In this document: piece by piece, positions 35,962 to 45,566 of the stretch
Numbering within the stretch: the stretch's first letter is position 1
Layout: the number at the start of each line of letters is the position of its first letter
Assembly: GCA_963666735.1 (NCBI GenBank)
Contig: OY762926.1
Coordinates: 768,001 to 832,000 of the forward strand
Direction: 5' to 3'
Length of the DNA stretch: 64,000 nucleotides
Origin: Gemmatimonadota bacterium
GTDB lineage: Bacteria > Gemmatimonadota > Gemmatimonadetes > Palauibacterales > Palauibacteraceae
The notes under the pieces: generated by a model
Databases searched by the model: none
What the model was told of the DNA's origin: nothing
The model's input: only the letters and a program-made list of their open reading frames with translations
Program-made: the position numbers and the translations under genes

Positions 35962-36828
35962 ATGCCCGAACGCACCGTCGTCGTGTCCGACATCCACCTC
36001 GGGGCCGTTGCCGAGGAGAACGCGCGCGCCTTTCTCGCCTTCCTCGAGGAGGCGGACCGCTGGGGCGACGAACTCCTCATCAACGGCGACCTGTTCGACT
36101 TCTGGTTCGAATACGGCCAGGTGATCCCGCGCGGCCAGCTCGACGCGCTCGCACGCCTGCGGAGACTCGTGGAGGGCGGCATGCCGATCCTCTTCATGGG
36201 CGGGAACCACGACGCGTGGGGGGGGAGTTTCCTCCGCGACGAGGTCGGCATCGAGATCCTCCATGAGCCGGCGCGGCGACGCATCGGAGGGCGGCGTGCA
36301 CACATCGCGCACGGCGATGGACTCGGGGCGGCGGACTGGGGCTACCGGATTCTGCGCCGGGCCGCCCGCAGTCCGTTGGGACGCGGACTGTTTCGGTGGG
36401 TGCATCCCGACCTCGGGCTCCCTCTCGCACGGCTCGCCAGCGGGACGCGGCGCGCCCAGGCGGCAGGGGCCGGTAACGAGTCGCCCCGCGCTTCGCTCCT
36501 CGCGCGGCACGCGGCCGAGGTGCTGGCCGCTCACGAGGATGTGGACCTCGTCGTGTTCGGGCACTCGCACCGGCCGGAAGTCGCCGAACTCGCCCCGGGG
36601 AAGTTCTACCTCAACTCCGGAGACTGGCTCCACCACAACAGCTTCGCCGTCGTGACACCGGACGAGATCCGCCTGGAGTCATACCCGGGACCCGGCGAAG
36701 GCCGGTTCCGGCGGCGGGACGATGCGCCGGTCTCTTCAGGGAAAATCGACCTTGAAACCGAGGGCGATCCCGACGGACCCGTCGGCGGGGGGGCCGATCG
36801 AGGGCTCGAAATCCCAGAACTGGGTTGA
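35962..36828 (+). CDS. lpxH: UDP-2,3-diacylglucosamine diphosphatase
   Basis: SDIHLG, GDLFDFW, GNHD, HGD, FGHSH, NSGDW. Confidence 0.85.
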   Translation: MPERTVVVSDIHLGAVAEENARAFLAFLEEADRWGDELLINGDLFDFWFEYGQVIPRGQLDALARLRRLVEGGMPILFMGGNHDAWGGSFLRDEVGIEILHEPARRRIGGRRAHIAHGDGLGAADWGYRILRRAARSPLGRGLFRWVHPDLGLPLARLASGTRRAQAAGAGNESPRASLLARHAAEVLAAHEDVDLVVFGHSHRPEVAELAPGKFYLNSGDWLHHNSFAVVTPDEIRLESYPGPGEGRFRRRDDAPVSSGKIDLETEGDPDGPVGGGADRGLEIPELG

Positions 36829-37362
36829 CACCCATGCGTCGAGACCGCTCAGGAAGGCGATGAACCCGGCGAGGACGATCCAGTTCTCCCGTTGCCCCGT
36901 ACGGTTGGAGATCCGCTCTTCGTTCGGCGGCAGTTCTTCCTTGGCCGCGGAGAGCCGCGCATCGGACTTGAAGACCATGAACAGGAAGACGGACTCCGCG
37001 GCGAAGTAGAAGGCGCCGCGCGCCGGGCGTCCGACCTCCAGTTGTCCCCAGCCCGGGAGGATCAGGGAGCGCCCGAAGGCGCCCAGCGGGGAGATGGGGG
37101 GTTGCCGGCCGGTCGTGTCGGCCACGGCGCGGTCCTCGGCGGACGCCGAATCGGGGACCGCCGCGGGAGGCGGAGGGTCCTGCGCCCGCAACGGCGCCGG
37201 GGCCGGGGCGGGACCGAGCAGAAGCCAGACCGCGAGCGCGAAGATGGCGGGAACGTGTGGGAATCGAACCCACCCGGGACGCGCGAACGCCCCGTAACGG
37301 TTTTGAAGACCGCAGGCGACACCAGTCACCATCCGCTCCCGATCATCCGGTTCGTTTCTCAT
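36736..37362 (-). CDS. Hypothetical membrane/exported protein (DUF5683-like); true start uncertain because the ORF runs through tRNA-Sec
   Basis: SPLGAFGRSLILPGWGQL motif, LSGLDAWV. Confidence 0.65.
   Translation of the reverse strand: MRNEPDDRERMVTGVACGLQNRYGAFARPGWVRFPHVPAIFALAVWLLLGPAPAPAPLRAQDPPPPAAVPDSASAEDRAVADTTGRQPPISPLGAFGRSLILPGWGQLEVGRPARGAFYFAAESVFLFMVFKSDARLSAAKEELPPNEERISNRTGQRENWIVLAGFIAFLSGLDAWVSTQFWDFEPSIGPPADGSVGIALGFKVDFP
37245..37340 (-). tRNA. selC: tRNA-Sec (TCA)
   Basis: 96 nt, 6-bp D-stem with 4-nt loop, anticodon loop CT-TCA-AA, long variable arm, GTGGG-TTCGATT-CCCAC T-arm, G discriminator + CCA. Confidence 0.95.
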
Positions 37363-37769
37363 CCCGATCCGAGATCTCGGGAGGCCGGCCGCGCTCGGCC
37401 GATCACTTCGATCTCGACTCGGGCCCCCAGCGGCAGCGCACCCACGGCGACCGTCGAGCGCGCGGGATACGGGGGCTCGAAGTGGCGGGCGTAGACCTCG
37501 TTCACGGCGCCGAAGTCTCCCATGTCGGCAAGAAAGATCGTCGTCTTCACGACATCTCCGAGGGCAAGCCCCGCCTCGTGCAGCACGGCCGCCAGGTTCG
37601 TCATCACGCGCTCCGCCTGGGAAACAACGTCGGCGCCCACGAGTTGGCCGGTGGACGGGACCAGGCCCACCTGCCCTGCGGAGTAAAACAGCTCACCGGC
37701 CCAGTACCCCTGGGAGTAGGGGCCGACGGCGGCGGGTGCATGGTCGGTGTGGACCGGTCCGGTCTGCAT
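37359..37769 (-). CDS. ridA: RidA-family reactive-imine deaminase
   Basis: APAAVGPYSQG, VVKTTIFL, PARSTVAV, VEIE. Confidence 0.92.
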   Translation of the reverse strand: MQTGPVHTDHAPAAVGPYSQGYWAGELFYSAGQVGLVPSTGQLVGADVVSQAERVMTNLAAVLHEAGLALGDVVKTTIFLADMGDFGAVNEVYARHFEPPYPARSTVAVGALPLGARVEIEVIGRARPASRDLGSG

Positions 37770-37977
37770 GGATGGAGGCTCCTTTCAGGGACGGGCGACC
37801 GGCCGCCGCGACCGGGCAGGACGCGGCGCATGGGCGGGTCGCCGTTGCCTTGCATCGGATCGGTGGGAGCCGGTAACCTCGCCCGTACGCCTCATCGCTG
37901 GAGGCGAATGGTTGCGTTCGAACGCGTTCTGGCGGTCGGGCGAACATACTTCGATCCCCGGGAGAGCGCCAAAGATC

Positions 37978-38808
37978 GTGCCCGTAGGCTCCGCCCGCCG
38001 TTCTGCCGCAAGACTCGCCCGCGATGCCGTGTTCCGCATGGCCCTCGCGGTCGAGGCCTATTGCCGTCTTCTCGTACGCGTGTTGAAGGCCTCTCTGAGT
38101 CAGCCCTTCTACCGCGGCGATCTCGTTCAGCAGATGGACACGATCGGCGTCGCCTCGATCTTCATCGTCATGCTGACGGGCCTTTTCACGGGGATGGTGC
38201 TCGCCCTCCAGGCCGCCGTGGAAATGGAACGGTTCGGGGCCACGGTCTACATCGGCCGTCTCGTGGGAGCCAGCACGATACGCGAACTCGGCCCCGTTCT
38301 CACGGCGCTCATCGTCACCGGCCGCGCGGGCGCCGGCATGGCGGCCGCCCTGGGCGCGATGCGGGTCACGGAGCAGGTCGACGCGCTCCGCACGATGGGC
38401 GTGGACCCGATCCGGAAACTCGTCGTGCCGCGTTTTCTCGCCGCCCTCGTGATGCTCCCCGTGGTCACGATCATCGGCGATTTCCTGGCCATCCTGGGCG
38501 GGCTTCTCATCGCGGTGCTGACGCTGGACTTCACGGCTCAGCTGTATATCACCTCCGTGTGGGAAACCCTCGCCCAGAGCGGCTTCGTGCTCAAGGTCGT
38601 CCCCATCGACCTGATCCAGGGATTGGTCAAGCCCTTCGCGTTCGGCGGGATCATCGCCCTCACGAGCTGCTTCCACGGGCTTCGGGCCGAGGGTGGCACG
38701 GAAGGCGTCGGACGGGCGACGACGAGGGCCGTGGTGACCTCGTCCATCCTCATTCTCGCGGTGGATTTCTTCCTCACCCAGATCCTGCTCGCCATGTTCC
38801 AATGGTGA
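37978..38808 (+). CDS. mlaE: MlaE-family ABC permease
   Basis: RELGPVLTA, EQVDAL, GVGRATT. Start uncertain. Confidence 0.9.
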   Translation: MPVGSARRSAARLARDAVFRMALAVEAYCRLLVRVLKASLSQPFYRGDLVQQMDTIGVASIFIVMLTGLFTGMVLALQAAVEMERFGATVYIGRLVGASTIRELGPVLTALIVTGRAGAGMAAALGAMRVTEQVDALRTMGVDPIRKLVVPRFLAALVMLPVVTIIGDFLAILGGLLIAVLTLDFTAQLYITSVWETLAQSGFVLKVVPIDLIQGLVKPFAFGGIIALTSCFHGLRAEGGTEGVGRATTRAVVTSSILILAVDFFLTQILLAMFQW

Positions 38809-38827
38809 GCGGGGATCCGGATCCACC

Positions 38828-39670
38828 ATGAGCGACCGCACGCCCGCCGGCGCACCGCAGCCGGGAAGCGAGGCCTTCGAGGCGGAGTTGCGGGACGAAA
38901 TCCGCCGCGAACTGGAAACGCACGGGAGCGGATCCGGGCAACCCGACATCGTCGAACTCCGGGACGCGTGGCTCTCGTTCGGGGACCGCGAGGTGCTGCG
39001 CGGCGTTTCGCTGGGCGTCGCGCGGGGCGGGACGCTTTGCATCCTCGGGGGGTCGGGAGTCGGGAAGTCGACGATCCTGCGTCTGATGCTCCGGCTCATC
39101 CTCCCCGACCGCGGCGAAGTCCTCATCGAGGGACGCGACATCAGTGCGGTTTCCCGTCCGGAGGCGCTGGCCCTGCGGGAACGGATGGGGATGGTGTTCC
39201 AGGGATCGGCGCTCTTCGATTCCCTGAACGTGTTCGACAACGTCGCCTTTCCGCTCTACGAGCATTCGAGTCTGGGAGACGAGGAAATCCGGGAGCGCGT
39301 CGAGGAGGTGCTGTCCTTCGTGGACCTCGATCCGGCCGTGGTTCTCCATCTGCTTCCCTCCGCGCTGTCCGGCGGTATGCGCAAGCGCGTGGCCATCGCG
39401 CGGGCGATCGTGCACAGGCCGCCGATCCTCCTCTTCGACGAACCGACAAGCGGACTCGACCCCATCACGACGCGGAGGATCGACGAACTGATCCTGAAAC
39501 TGCGGCGGGAACTCCACGTCTGCGTCGTCGTAGTGACCCACGATGTGCGGTCCGCGGCGAGAATCGCGACCGAGACCGCGCTCCTCAGGGACGGGGAGAT
39601 TATCTTCAACGGAACGCCGGAGGAGATGCACGCCACGGACGACCGCTATGTTCGGGCCTTCCGCGGCTAA
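38828..39670 (+). CDS. mlaF: MlaF-family ABC ATPase
   Basis: GGSGVGKS, LSGGMRKRVAIARA, FDEPTSGLDP. Confidence 0.92.
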   Translation: MSDRTPAGAPQPGSEAFEAELRDEIRRELETHGSGSGQPDIVELRDAWLSFGDREVLRGVSLGVARGGTLCILGGSGVGKSTILRLMLRLILPDRGEVLIEGRDISAVSRPEALALRERMGMVFQGSALFDSLNVFDNVAFPLYEHSSLGDEEIRERVEEVLSFVDLDPAVVLHLLPSALSGGMRKRVAIARAIVHRPPILLFDEPTSGLDPITTRRIDELILKLRRELHVCVVVVTHDVRSAARIATETALLRDGEIIFNGTPEEMHATDDRYVRAFRG

Positions 39671-39706
39671 CCGCCAACCGGTCCGACAGGAGGGCAGAAG
39701 GCAACG

Positions 39707-40687
39707 ATGCGACGATCCGAGCCGATCACATGGGACCAGATGCGCGTGGGGTTCGTCCTCATCGTCTCGCTCGTCCTGCTCGCCCTGTGCGCACTGTTCG
39801 TAGGCCGGATCGGGGATGTGTTCGGCGAGCGCTATCAGCTCGTTGCGCTCATGGAATCCGCTTCGGGGCTGCGCCCCGGGGCCCCCGTGCAGGTGGCCGG
39901 GCGGGGCGTCGGCCAGGTGGAGCGCGTGGAGTTCATCGACCCGGAAGACCGCGGTGACTCCGAAGCGGCCGTCGCGGTCTGGATGGGGGTTAACGTGGGC
40001 GTCCGGGAGCAGATCCGGCGCGGCTCACGAGCCCGCGTGCGGACGCAGGGGCTGCTCGGCGACCGTCTCATCGACATCGAACCGGGATCTCCCGATTCGG
40101 CCATCCTCGTTCCGGGAGACACCATCGGAACGGCGCCGGCGCTGAGCTATGACGAACTACTCGGCCAGGCGGCCGACGCCGTCCTCGGTCTCACGCAGCT
40201 CTCGAACGATCTTTCCGCAACGCTGGCCCGCGTCTCGAGTGGCGAGGGCTCGCTTGGACGCCTCCTCGTGGACGAGGCGCTCTACGATGGCCTCGTCGAC
40301 CTCAACCGGAACCTCTCGGCCGTGCTGGGGCCGATCGCGGACGGGGAAGGCTCGCTGGCCCGCTTGCTCGAGGATCCGGAATTGTACGACCACCTCGTCT
40401 CTCTCACCGCGCGCCTCGACACGGTGACGGGGGGACTGGCAGCCGGCGAAGGAACGCTCGGGCGTCTGCTGGCGTCGGACTCCCTTTATCGTGCGATCGC
40501 CTCATCCGCGACCCGGGCCAATTCCATCCTCGACCTCATCGAGGGCGGCGAAGGGGCGGTCGGGCAGCTCGTCAACGACGAGACCCTGTACGAGGAGTTC
40601 CTCAAGGTCGTGGTGGACCTGAACGCGTTCCTCGCCGAGGTGCGGGCCAACCCCGGCAAGTTCATCCCGCCGATCCGGGTCTTCTAG
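39707..40687 (+). CDS. mlaD: MlaD/MCE-family protein
   Basis: GLRPGAPVQVAG, GLLGDRLIDIEPG, repeated GEG(S/T)LGRLL helical units. Confidence 0.9.
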   Translation: MRRSEPITWDQMRVGFVLIVSLVLLALCALFVGRIGDVFGERYQLVALMESASGLRPGAPVQVAGRGVGQVERVEFIDPEDRGDSEAAVAVWMGVNVGVREQIRRGSRARVRTQGLLGDRLIDIEPGSPDSAILVPGDTIGTAPALSYDELLGQAADAVLGLTQLSNDLSATLARVSSGEGSLGRLLVDEALYDGLVDLNRNLSAVLGPIADGEGSLARLLEDPELYDHLVSLTARLDTVTGGLAAGEGTLGRLLASDSLYRAIASSATRANSILDLIEGGEGAVGQLVNDETLYEEFLKVVVDLNAFLAEVRANPGKFIPPIRVF

Positions 40688-40850
40688 TGTGGTGTCGCAG
40701 GAGTCCGCGAGCCACCGAGAGCGTCGAGGCGCCGAGTACTGCAAGGCGCTCCGGCGAGGAATAGCAGAGCTATTGCGAGGAGGAGCAACGCCGCAGGGGC
40801 GGATGCATCGGCGCTCGAATGGCCGTGGAATTTCTGCGACACCACACTAG
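40684..40850. mobile_element. 167-bp palindromic MITE/REP-like element bounded by CTAG
   Basis: Perfect 17-bp inverted ends ctagtgtggtgtcgcag (40684-40700) / ctgcgacaccacactag (40834-40850), imperfect internal symmetry, central aatagc-aga-gctatt hairpin. Confidence 0.75.
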
Positions 40851-40883
40851 CCCCGCGTCGCGTCGGCCGCGGAATCTGCGGCG

Positions 40884-41351
40884 CTAGAGATCGTGCAACG
40901 TCTCGAAATCGACGACCTCGAACTCGCGCGCCCCGGCGGGGAGCCTCACGCTCACGAGTGCGCCCTTCCTCTTCCCGAGGAGCGCGCGGCCGATGGGCGA
41001 TTCCATCGAGATGTCGTTGTTCTCGATGTCGACGTCGTCGCCGATCGTGAGGTTGAAGGACTCGATCTCGTCGTCCTCCAGGTCGCGCACCGCGACCTTC
41101 GACCCGAACCCGACCCGATCCGTCGGGATGTTCTCGATATCGAGTTCCCCGAGCTGCGACATGCGGCGAGCCAGGTAGTCGAGCCGCGCACGCACGAACC
41201 CCTGCCGCTCCAGGGCGGCGGTATACTCGGAGTTCTCCCGCAAATCGCCCTGGGCGACGGCCTTCTCGATCTCTCTCGGAAGGATGACGTTCAGCTCGTG
41301 GAGGAGCGTCTCCGCTTCGTCCCCGATCTTGCGCTGCAGTTCTTCGATCAT
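40884..41351 (-). CDS. greA: GreA/GreB transcription elongation factor
   Basis: GDLRENSEY, VGFGSKV, ISMESPIGRALLG. Confidence 0.92.
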   Translation of the reverse strand: MIEELQRKIGDEAETLLHELNVILPREIEKAVAQGDLRENSEYTAALERQGFVRARLDYLARRMSQLGELDIENIPTDRVGFGSKVAVRDLEDDEIESFNLTIGDDVDIENNDISMESPIGRALLGKRKGALVSVRLPAGAREFEVVDFETLHDL

Positions 41352-41385
41352 CCGGAACCTCCTCGGCCCGTCGACGGGCCGGCCG

Positions 41386-41426
41386 AAAAAAAAGCCGAGG
41401 CGCTCCCGGAAAGGGAGGCGCCCCGG
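41386..41426 (-). terminator. Rho-independent terminator after tmRNA
   Basis: GC-rich hairpin ccggggcgcctccc/gggagcgcctcgg followed by a T8 run on the minus strand. Confidence 0.75.
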
Positions 41427-41453
41427 GCGGAGCACAGCGATCCTGCACTTTAG

Positions 41454-41821
41454 TGGAGGCGGCGGGAATCGAACCCGCGTCCGCGAGCCCATCCGCCACG
41501 GCATCTACGTGCGTAGTTCGCGATCGACTCTCATCCCGCGAGGGTTCACGAACAACCCCTTACGAAACCAGCCGTGCGCGCGGCTTTCGCCGTGCTCTCG
41601 TCACCCGCGGCTCACGGCGCGCCTGGGCGACCAGCCCGATTCATCGACGTCCGTCGGGAGATCCTCGGGCCCGGATCTCTCGGGGACGGGCTACGCAGGT
41701 TTACGCAGCCAGAGCCAAACCGTCGTTGGCACCTAAAGGTTTCCCGGTGTTTAACGAGGCCCCGGGCACCTCGGCACGCTTCCGCAGCTTCCAGTTCACG
41801 CGTCGAAGCCGTGTCGCCCCC
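41454..41821 (-). ncRNA. ssrA: tmRNA; tag peptide ANDGLALAA*
   Basis: 5' GGGGGCGAC..TTCGAC, 3' GGTTCGATTCCCGCCGCCTCCA with a G3-U pair, tag ORF 41730-41701. Confidence 0.96.
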
Positions 41822-42014
41822 CTGATACTCGCAAAGGCTACCCCATACGGTCGTTTATCCTCGCGCGCGGCGCAAGTTCGGCGAGCGGCTCCGGAGGTTC
41901 TTTGACAGCCGGAAACCGGCACGGGTATACTCGGAGTCTCCCGGGGCCCCGCCGAGTCGGTTCCCGTTGATTCGATATGCGCCCCGCATTCGCGGGGAGG
42001 AGATATGGATCCAA

Positions 42015-42467
42015 GTGCAGCTTCGCGAATTGTTCGTTCCGTCCGCCATCAACCTCGATCTGGCGGCGGAGACGAAGGATGAGGCCCTGAAAGAACTTGT
42101 GTCGTGTCTGGGCCTCGACGGAAAGTCCGAAGGAATCCTCTACAAGATGTTGAAGCGGCGGGAGAATCTCGGCTCGACCGGGATCGGCCGCGGCATCGCG
42201 ATCCCCCACTGCCGTTCGCTCGTCGTGACCCGGCTGCGGGTCGCGTTCGGCCGAAAGCTCTCCGGCCTCGACTTCAAGGCGATCGACGAGAAACCCGTGC
42301 GGTACGTCTTTCTCATCGTGGCGCCGCCGCTGGAGGTCTCGAATCAGTATCTGCCGGTGCTTGGCAAGATCGCGCAGTTCGGCAAGGAGGCCGACGTCCC
42401 TGAATCGCTCGCGGAAATCTCGAGCCCCGAGCAGTTCATCGAGTTGCTCGAAGCGAAGGATCTCTAG
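42015..42467 (+). CDS. ptsN: PTS EIIA fructose/mannitol/Ntr-type protein
   Basis: RENLGSTGIGRGIAIPHCR. Confidence 0.88.
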   Translation: MQLRELFVPSAINLDLAAETKDEALKELVSCLGLDGKSEGILYKMLKRRENLGSTGIGRGIAIPHCRSLVVTRLRVAFGRKLSGLDFKAIDEKPVRYVFLIVAPPLEVSNQYLPVLGKIAQFGKEADVPESLAEISSPEQFIELLEAKDL

Positions 42468-42823
42468 TGGACCAGCAACTTGAATTGCTCCTCGAGATCC
42501 AGGACCTGAGAATGCAGCGCCGAGGCCTCTCGGACGGGACGCTCACGGACCTTGAGACGGAGGTCTTCGACATCAAGATCGAGGACGCGATCCGATCGCT
42601 CGACGAGAAAGTCGAGGAACTGGAGCAGAGGCTGACACGCGGGATCCGGGAGCGCTACCGCCGCATCGCCGACAAGGCGCCGAGGGTCGTTGCGCCGGTC
42701 ATCAACGGCATCTGCTACGGCTGCTTCGTGGCGCTTTCCACTGCCCGCGCCTCCGAGGCGGATCGCAATCTTCGCGTCGAGTCGTGCGAGTACTGCGGCT
42801 GCTTCCTCTACCACGTCGGCTGA
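42467..42823 (+). CDS. Short coiled-coil protein with a C4 zinc ribbon
   Basis: CYGC...CEYCGCFLY. Confidence 0.8.
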   Translation: MDQQLELLLEIQDLRMQRRGLSDGTLTDLETEVFDIKIEDAIRSLDEKVEELEQRLTRGIRERYRRIADKAPRVVAPVINGICYGCFVALSTARASEADRNLRVESCEYCGCFLYHVG

Positions 42824-42857
42824 ACTCCGCCTGAGCGCCGCCCGACCGGCATGAAGC

Positions 42858-44756
42858 TCAGCCGGGCGGGCGGGCGAGGACTCTTCCTTCCGTCGTTCGC
42901 CGGGTCACGCCTTGCCGGTCCAGGTATTCGAGGAGCGGGATCAGGTACTTCCGGGAGAGCCCGAACGTCTCCTTGAACCGCGCGGGAGGGGCCGGCGCGC
43001 CATCGGCGAGAAGCTCCCTTACTCGCGCTTCCATGGTCTCGAGGGCCGCGGCGGCGACGTGCAGTTCGGGTGTGACCGCCTTCGTCATGCCGGAATCCTG
43101 CAGCAGGCGCAGCAGGTCATCGAGCACGGCGCGGTCCAGACGCAGCGTCCTCCCCAGTTCCGTGACGAGCGGTGGCTGCAATCCGGCAGCCTCTATCGTC
43201 CCGGCGAGGTGCGCGCGCCCCTCTTCCTCCTGAGGGGTGAGGCGGGGCGCGTGGTCCGGAAGCGCGAGCCGCGGCCCGCTCTCGAGGAGGCGGCGATCGG
43301 CGAGGAGTTGGCGGACGGCGGTCTCCGCCAGCTCGAGGTCGCAGTGCGGCGCCATGGCGGAGCGCACGGCCTCCTTCGACACGCCGGGGGCGCGGCGGTC
43401 CGCGGCGTGCAGGCGGGCCATGCTCTCTTCCACCGCCTCCATGGCCTCCGCCACGGCATCGGCCGCGAACCAGCGGCCGCCGATGCGCACGCAGCCGGCC
43501 TCCGCCGCGGCCGCTTCGAGCGTGGGGTTGCGCCGTCCAAGGAGGATCGATGACGCTGCGGCGGGGAGTCCCCGCAGCCCCTCCAGGGCGACCGCCGCGG
43601 CGACCGCCTCCGGTGGGGCGCCATCGAGAATCTGCCGCCAGGCTTCCGTTCGCCCCGGCCAGTCGGGCGGCGGGTTCAACTCCGCCACGCGTATCCCGCC
43701 GATCGTCGTCACGGGCGAGTAGAACCGGAGGATGGCCCGGTCACGGGCCCGGGCGAGGAGCGGCGCCTCGAGTGCGAGCACGGCCCAGGCGGTCGCTCCG
43801 GGTGCGATGGATCGGCGATCCGCCGTCTGCAGCCGGGCCATGACCTCGCGGGTCCCCAGGTAGACCCTCAGACGCTGTCCATGAAGCAGGGCCCGATCGC
43901 GGCCCCCGAGTGCCCGTACGCGGACGCCGAGACGTTCGCTCGACGTCCACTCCGACGGGTCGGCGAGCACGCTGCCGCGCTCCACGGAGGCGGGGGCGAT
44001 GCCGACGAGCGCGACGGCGCACCGGCGGCCGGCGGTGACGCGGGGACGCGGGTCCTCGTGCACCTGGAGCGCGCGCACGCGGGCCGAATCCCCACCGGGG
44101 AAGACGCTCACGGTGTCCCCGACGCTGACGGACCCGCTCCACACGGTGCCGGTCACCACGGTGCCGGTGCCCCGGATCGAGAAGGACCGGTCGACGGGGA
44201 GCCTGAAGCGGTCGTCGACGCGGCGCGCGCGGATTCCCGCCGTCGATTCGCGCAGCGCTTCCCGCAGCGGCTCGATCCCATCGCCCGTCAGGGCGGAGAC
44301 CGGCACGATCTCCCATGACGTCCGGACGGGATCCTCGTCCAGCAGTTCGCGGGTCGTCTCGCTCGCGAGCTCGAGCCACTCCTCGTCCACCCGGTCGCTC
44401 TTGGTGAGTGCGACGACCCCGCGCCGAATGTCGAGGAGGCGCGCGATCGCAAGGTGCTCGTGAGTCTGCGGCATCGGTCCCTCGTCCGCCGCCACGACGA
44501 GGAGAAGAATGTCGATGCCCGTGGCCCCGGCGAGCATGTTCTTGAGAAAGTCCTCGTGCCCCGGGACGTCGACGATGCCCGTCTCCAAGCCGGGATCGAG
44601 GTCGAGCCGCGCGAAGCCCAGATCTATCGTGAGCCCCCGCTTCCGCTCCTCCAGCCAGCGGTCCGTCTCGACCCCCGTCAATGCCCGGACGAGGGCGGTC
44701 TTGCCGTGATCCACGTGGCCGGCGGTTCCGATCACGATCCCGCGTCGATCGCTCAC
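42858..44756 (-). CDS. selB: Selenocysteine-specific elongation factor
   Basis: [27 protein letters not shown]-terminal [14 protein letters not shown] winged helix. Alternative start 44792. Confidence 0.96.
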   Translation of the reverse strand: MSDRRGIVIGTAGHVDHGKTALVRALTGVETDRWLEERKRGLTIDLGFARLDLDPGLETGIVDVPGHEDFLKNMLAGATGIDILLLVVAADEGPMPQTHEHLAIARLLDIRRGVVALTKSDRVDEEWLELASETTRELLDEDPVRTSWEIVPVSALTGDGIEPLREALRESTAGIRARRVDDRFRLPVDRSFSIRGTGTVVTGTVWSGSVSVGDTVSVFPGGDSARVRALQVHEDPRPRVTAGRRCAVALVGIAPASVERGSVLADPSEWTSSERLGVRVRALGGRDRALLHGQRLRVYLGTREVMARLQTADRRSIAPGATAWAVLALEAPLLARARDRAILRFYSPVTTIGGIRVAELNPPPDWPGRTEAWRQILDGAPPEAVAAAVALEGLRGLPAAASSILLGRRNPTLEAAAAEAGCVRIGGRWFAADAVAEAMEAVEESMARLHAADRRAPGVSKEAVRSAMAPHCDLELAETAVRQLLADRRLLESGPRLALPDHAPRLTPQEEEGRAHLAGTIEAAGLQPPLVTELGRTLRLDRAVLDDLLRLLQDSGMTKAVTPELHVAAAALETMEARVRELLADGAPAPPARFKETFGLSRKYLIPLLEYLDRQGVTRRTTEGRVLARPPG

Positions 44757-44810
44757 GCCTTCGCTCGCAGTGTGCTCACCCAGTGTGCTCACCGGTCGTC
44801 CACGGGCCGC

Positions 44811-45542
44811 TCAGTCCAGCCGGCTCAGGAAGGGCAGAGACTTCAACTGTGCCCCCTCCGCCACGTGGTGCCGGATGAACTCGGCCAGCCAGCGGCCCTG
44901 GCGGCCGTGGACGCGACTCCGGGCCGCCGGCCCGCCCGACACGAGGATCCGCAGGGCGTCGAGCTCTCCGGGATCGAGTTCGGGCCCGACCGGGCCGCAC
45001 GAGGCGCAGCGCAGACCGCCTGCCTCGAAGTCGAAGCGAGCGCCCGTGGCCCCGATGAGGCTCCGGCAGCCGACGCAACGTTCCATCTCGGGGCGGAAGC
45101 CCAGGGCGCTCACCACACCCCAGACGTACTCGAGCCCGCCGGCCGGGGCCCGCTCCCGCACTCGGCCGTGAAGTCCGTCGAGACCAGCCGTCAGCGTGCG
45201 GTACAACTCCGCATCGCGGTGTTCCGGGGCGAGGCGCATCACGAGTTCGCAGAGGACGGACGCGACGGTGAAGAGCCTGATCGAACGGTCGAGTCCTCTC
45301 CGGTCATGGAGCAGTTCGAAATTGGAGAGGGTATGCAGGTCTCGCCCCTCCCGACTGTAGAAAGTCGCCTCCCCCTCCACGAAGGGCTCCAGCAGGCCGC
45401 CGAAGCGACTTCGAGGACGCAACGCCCCGCGGGCGAGCGCGGAACAGGGGCCGAGCTCCCACGTCATCAGGCGCAGGATCTTGCTGGTTTCGCTGTACCG
45501 GTACGTTTGGAGGACCACCGCCCGGGTCGTTACGAGTCCCAC
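44811..45542 (-). CDS. recO: DNA repair protein RecO
   Basis: YSETSKIL, ARGALRPRSRF, CVGC..CASC zinc finger. Confidence 0.92.
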   Translation of the reverse strand: MGLVTTRAVVLQTYRYSETSKILRLMTWELGPCSALARGALRPRSRFGGLLEPFVEGEATFYSREGRDLHTLSNFELLHDRRGLDRSIRLFTVASVLCELVMRLAPEHRDAELYRTLTAGLDGLHGRVRERAPAGGLEYVWGVVSALGFRPEMERCVGCRSLIGATGARFDFEAGGLRCASCGPVGPELDPGELDALRILVSGGPAARSRVHGRQGRWLAEFIRHHVAEGAQLKSLPFLSRLD

Positions 45543-45566
45543 GCGCCCCCCCGACCCCGGGCGCGG

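Noticed and set aside
40190..40600. Repeated GEGSLGRLL-type units in mlaD as a repeat array
   Set aside because: Ordinary helical repeats of MCE proteins. No CRISPR-like repeat-spacer pattern here or elsewhere in the window.
40684..40845. Small hydrophobic ORF on the minus strand (..PAALLLLAIALLFLAG..)
   Set aside because: Lies wholly inside the palindromic element and is better explained by it.
41386..41821. Genomic island or prophage integrated at tmRNA, tRNA-Sec or tRNA-Pro
   Set aside because: No integrase, no duplicated 3' ends, and the flanks are housekeeping genes.
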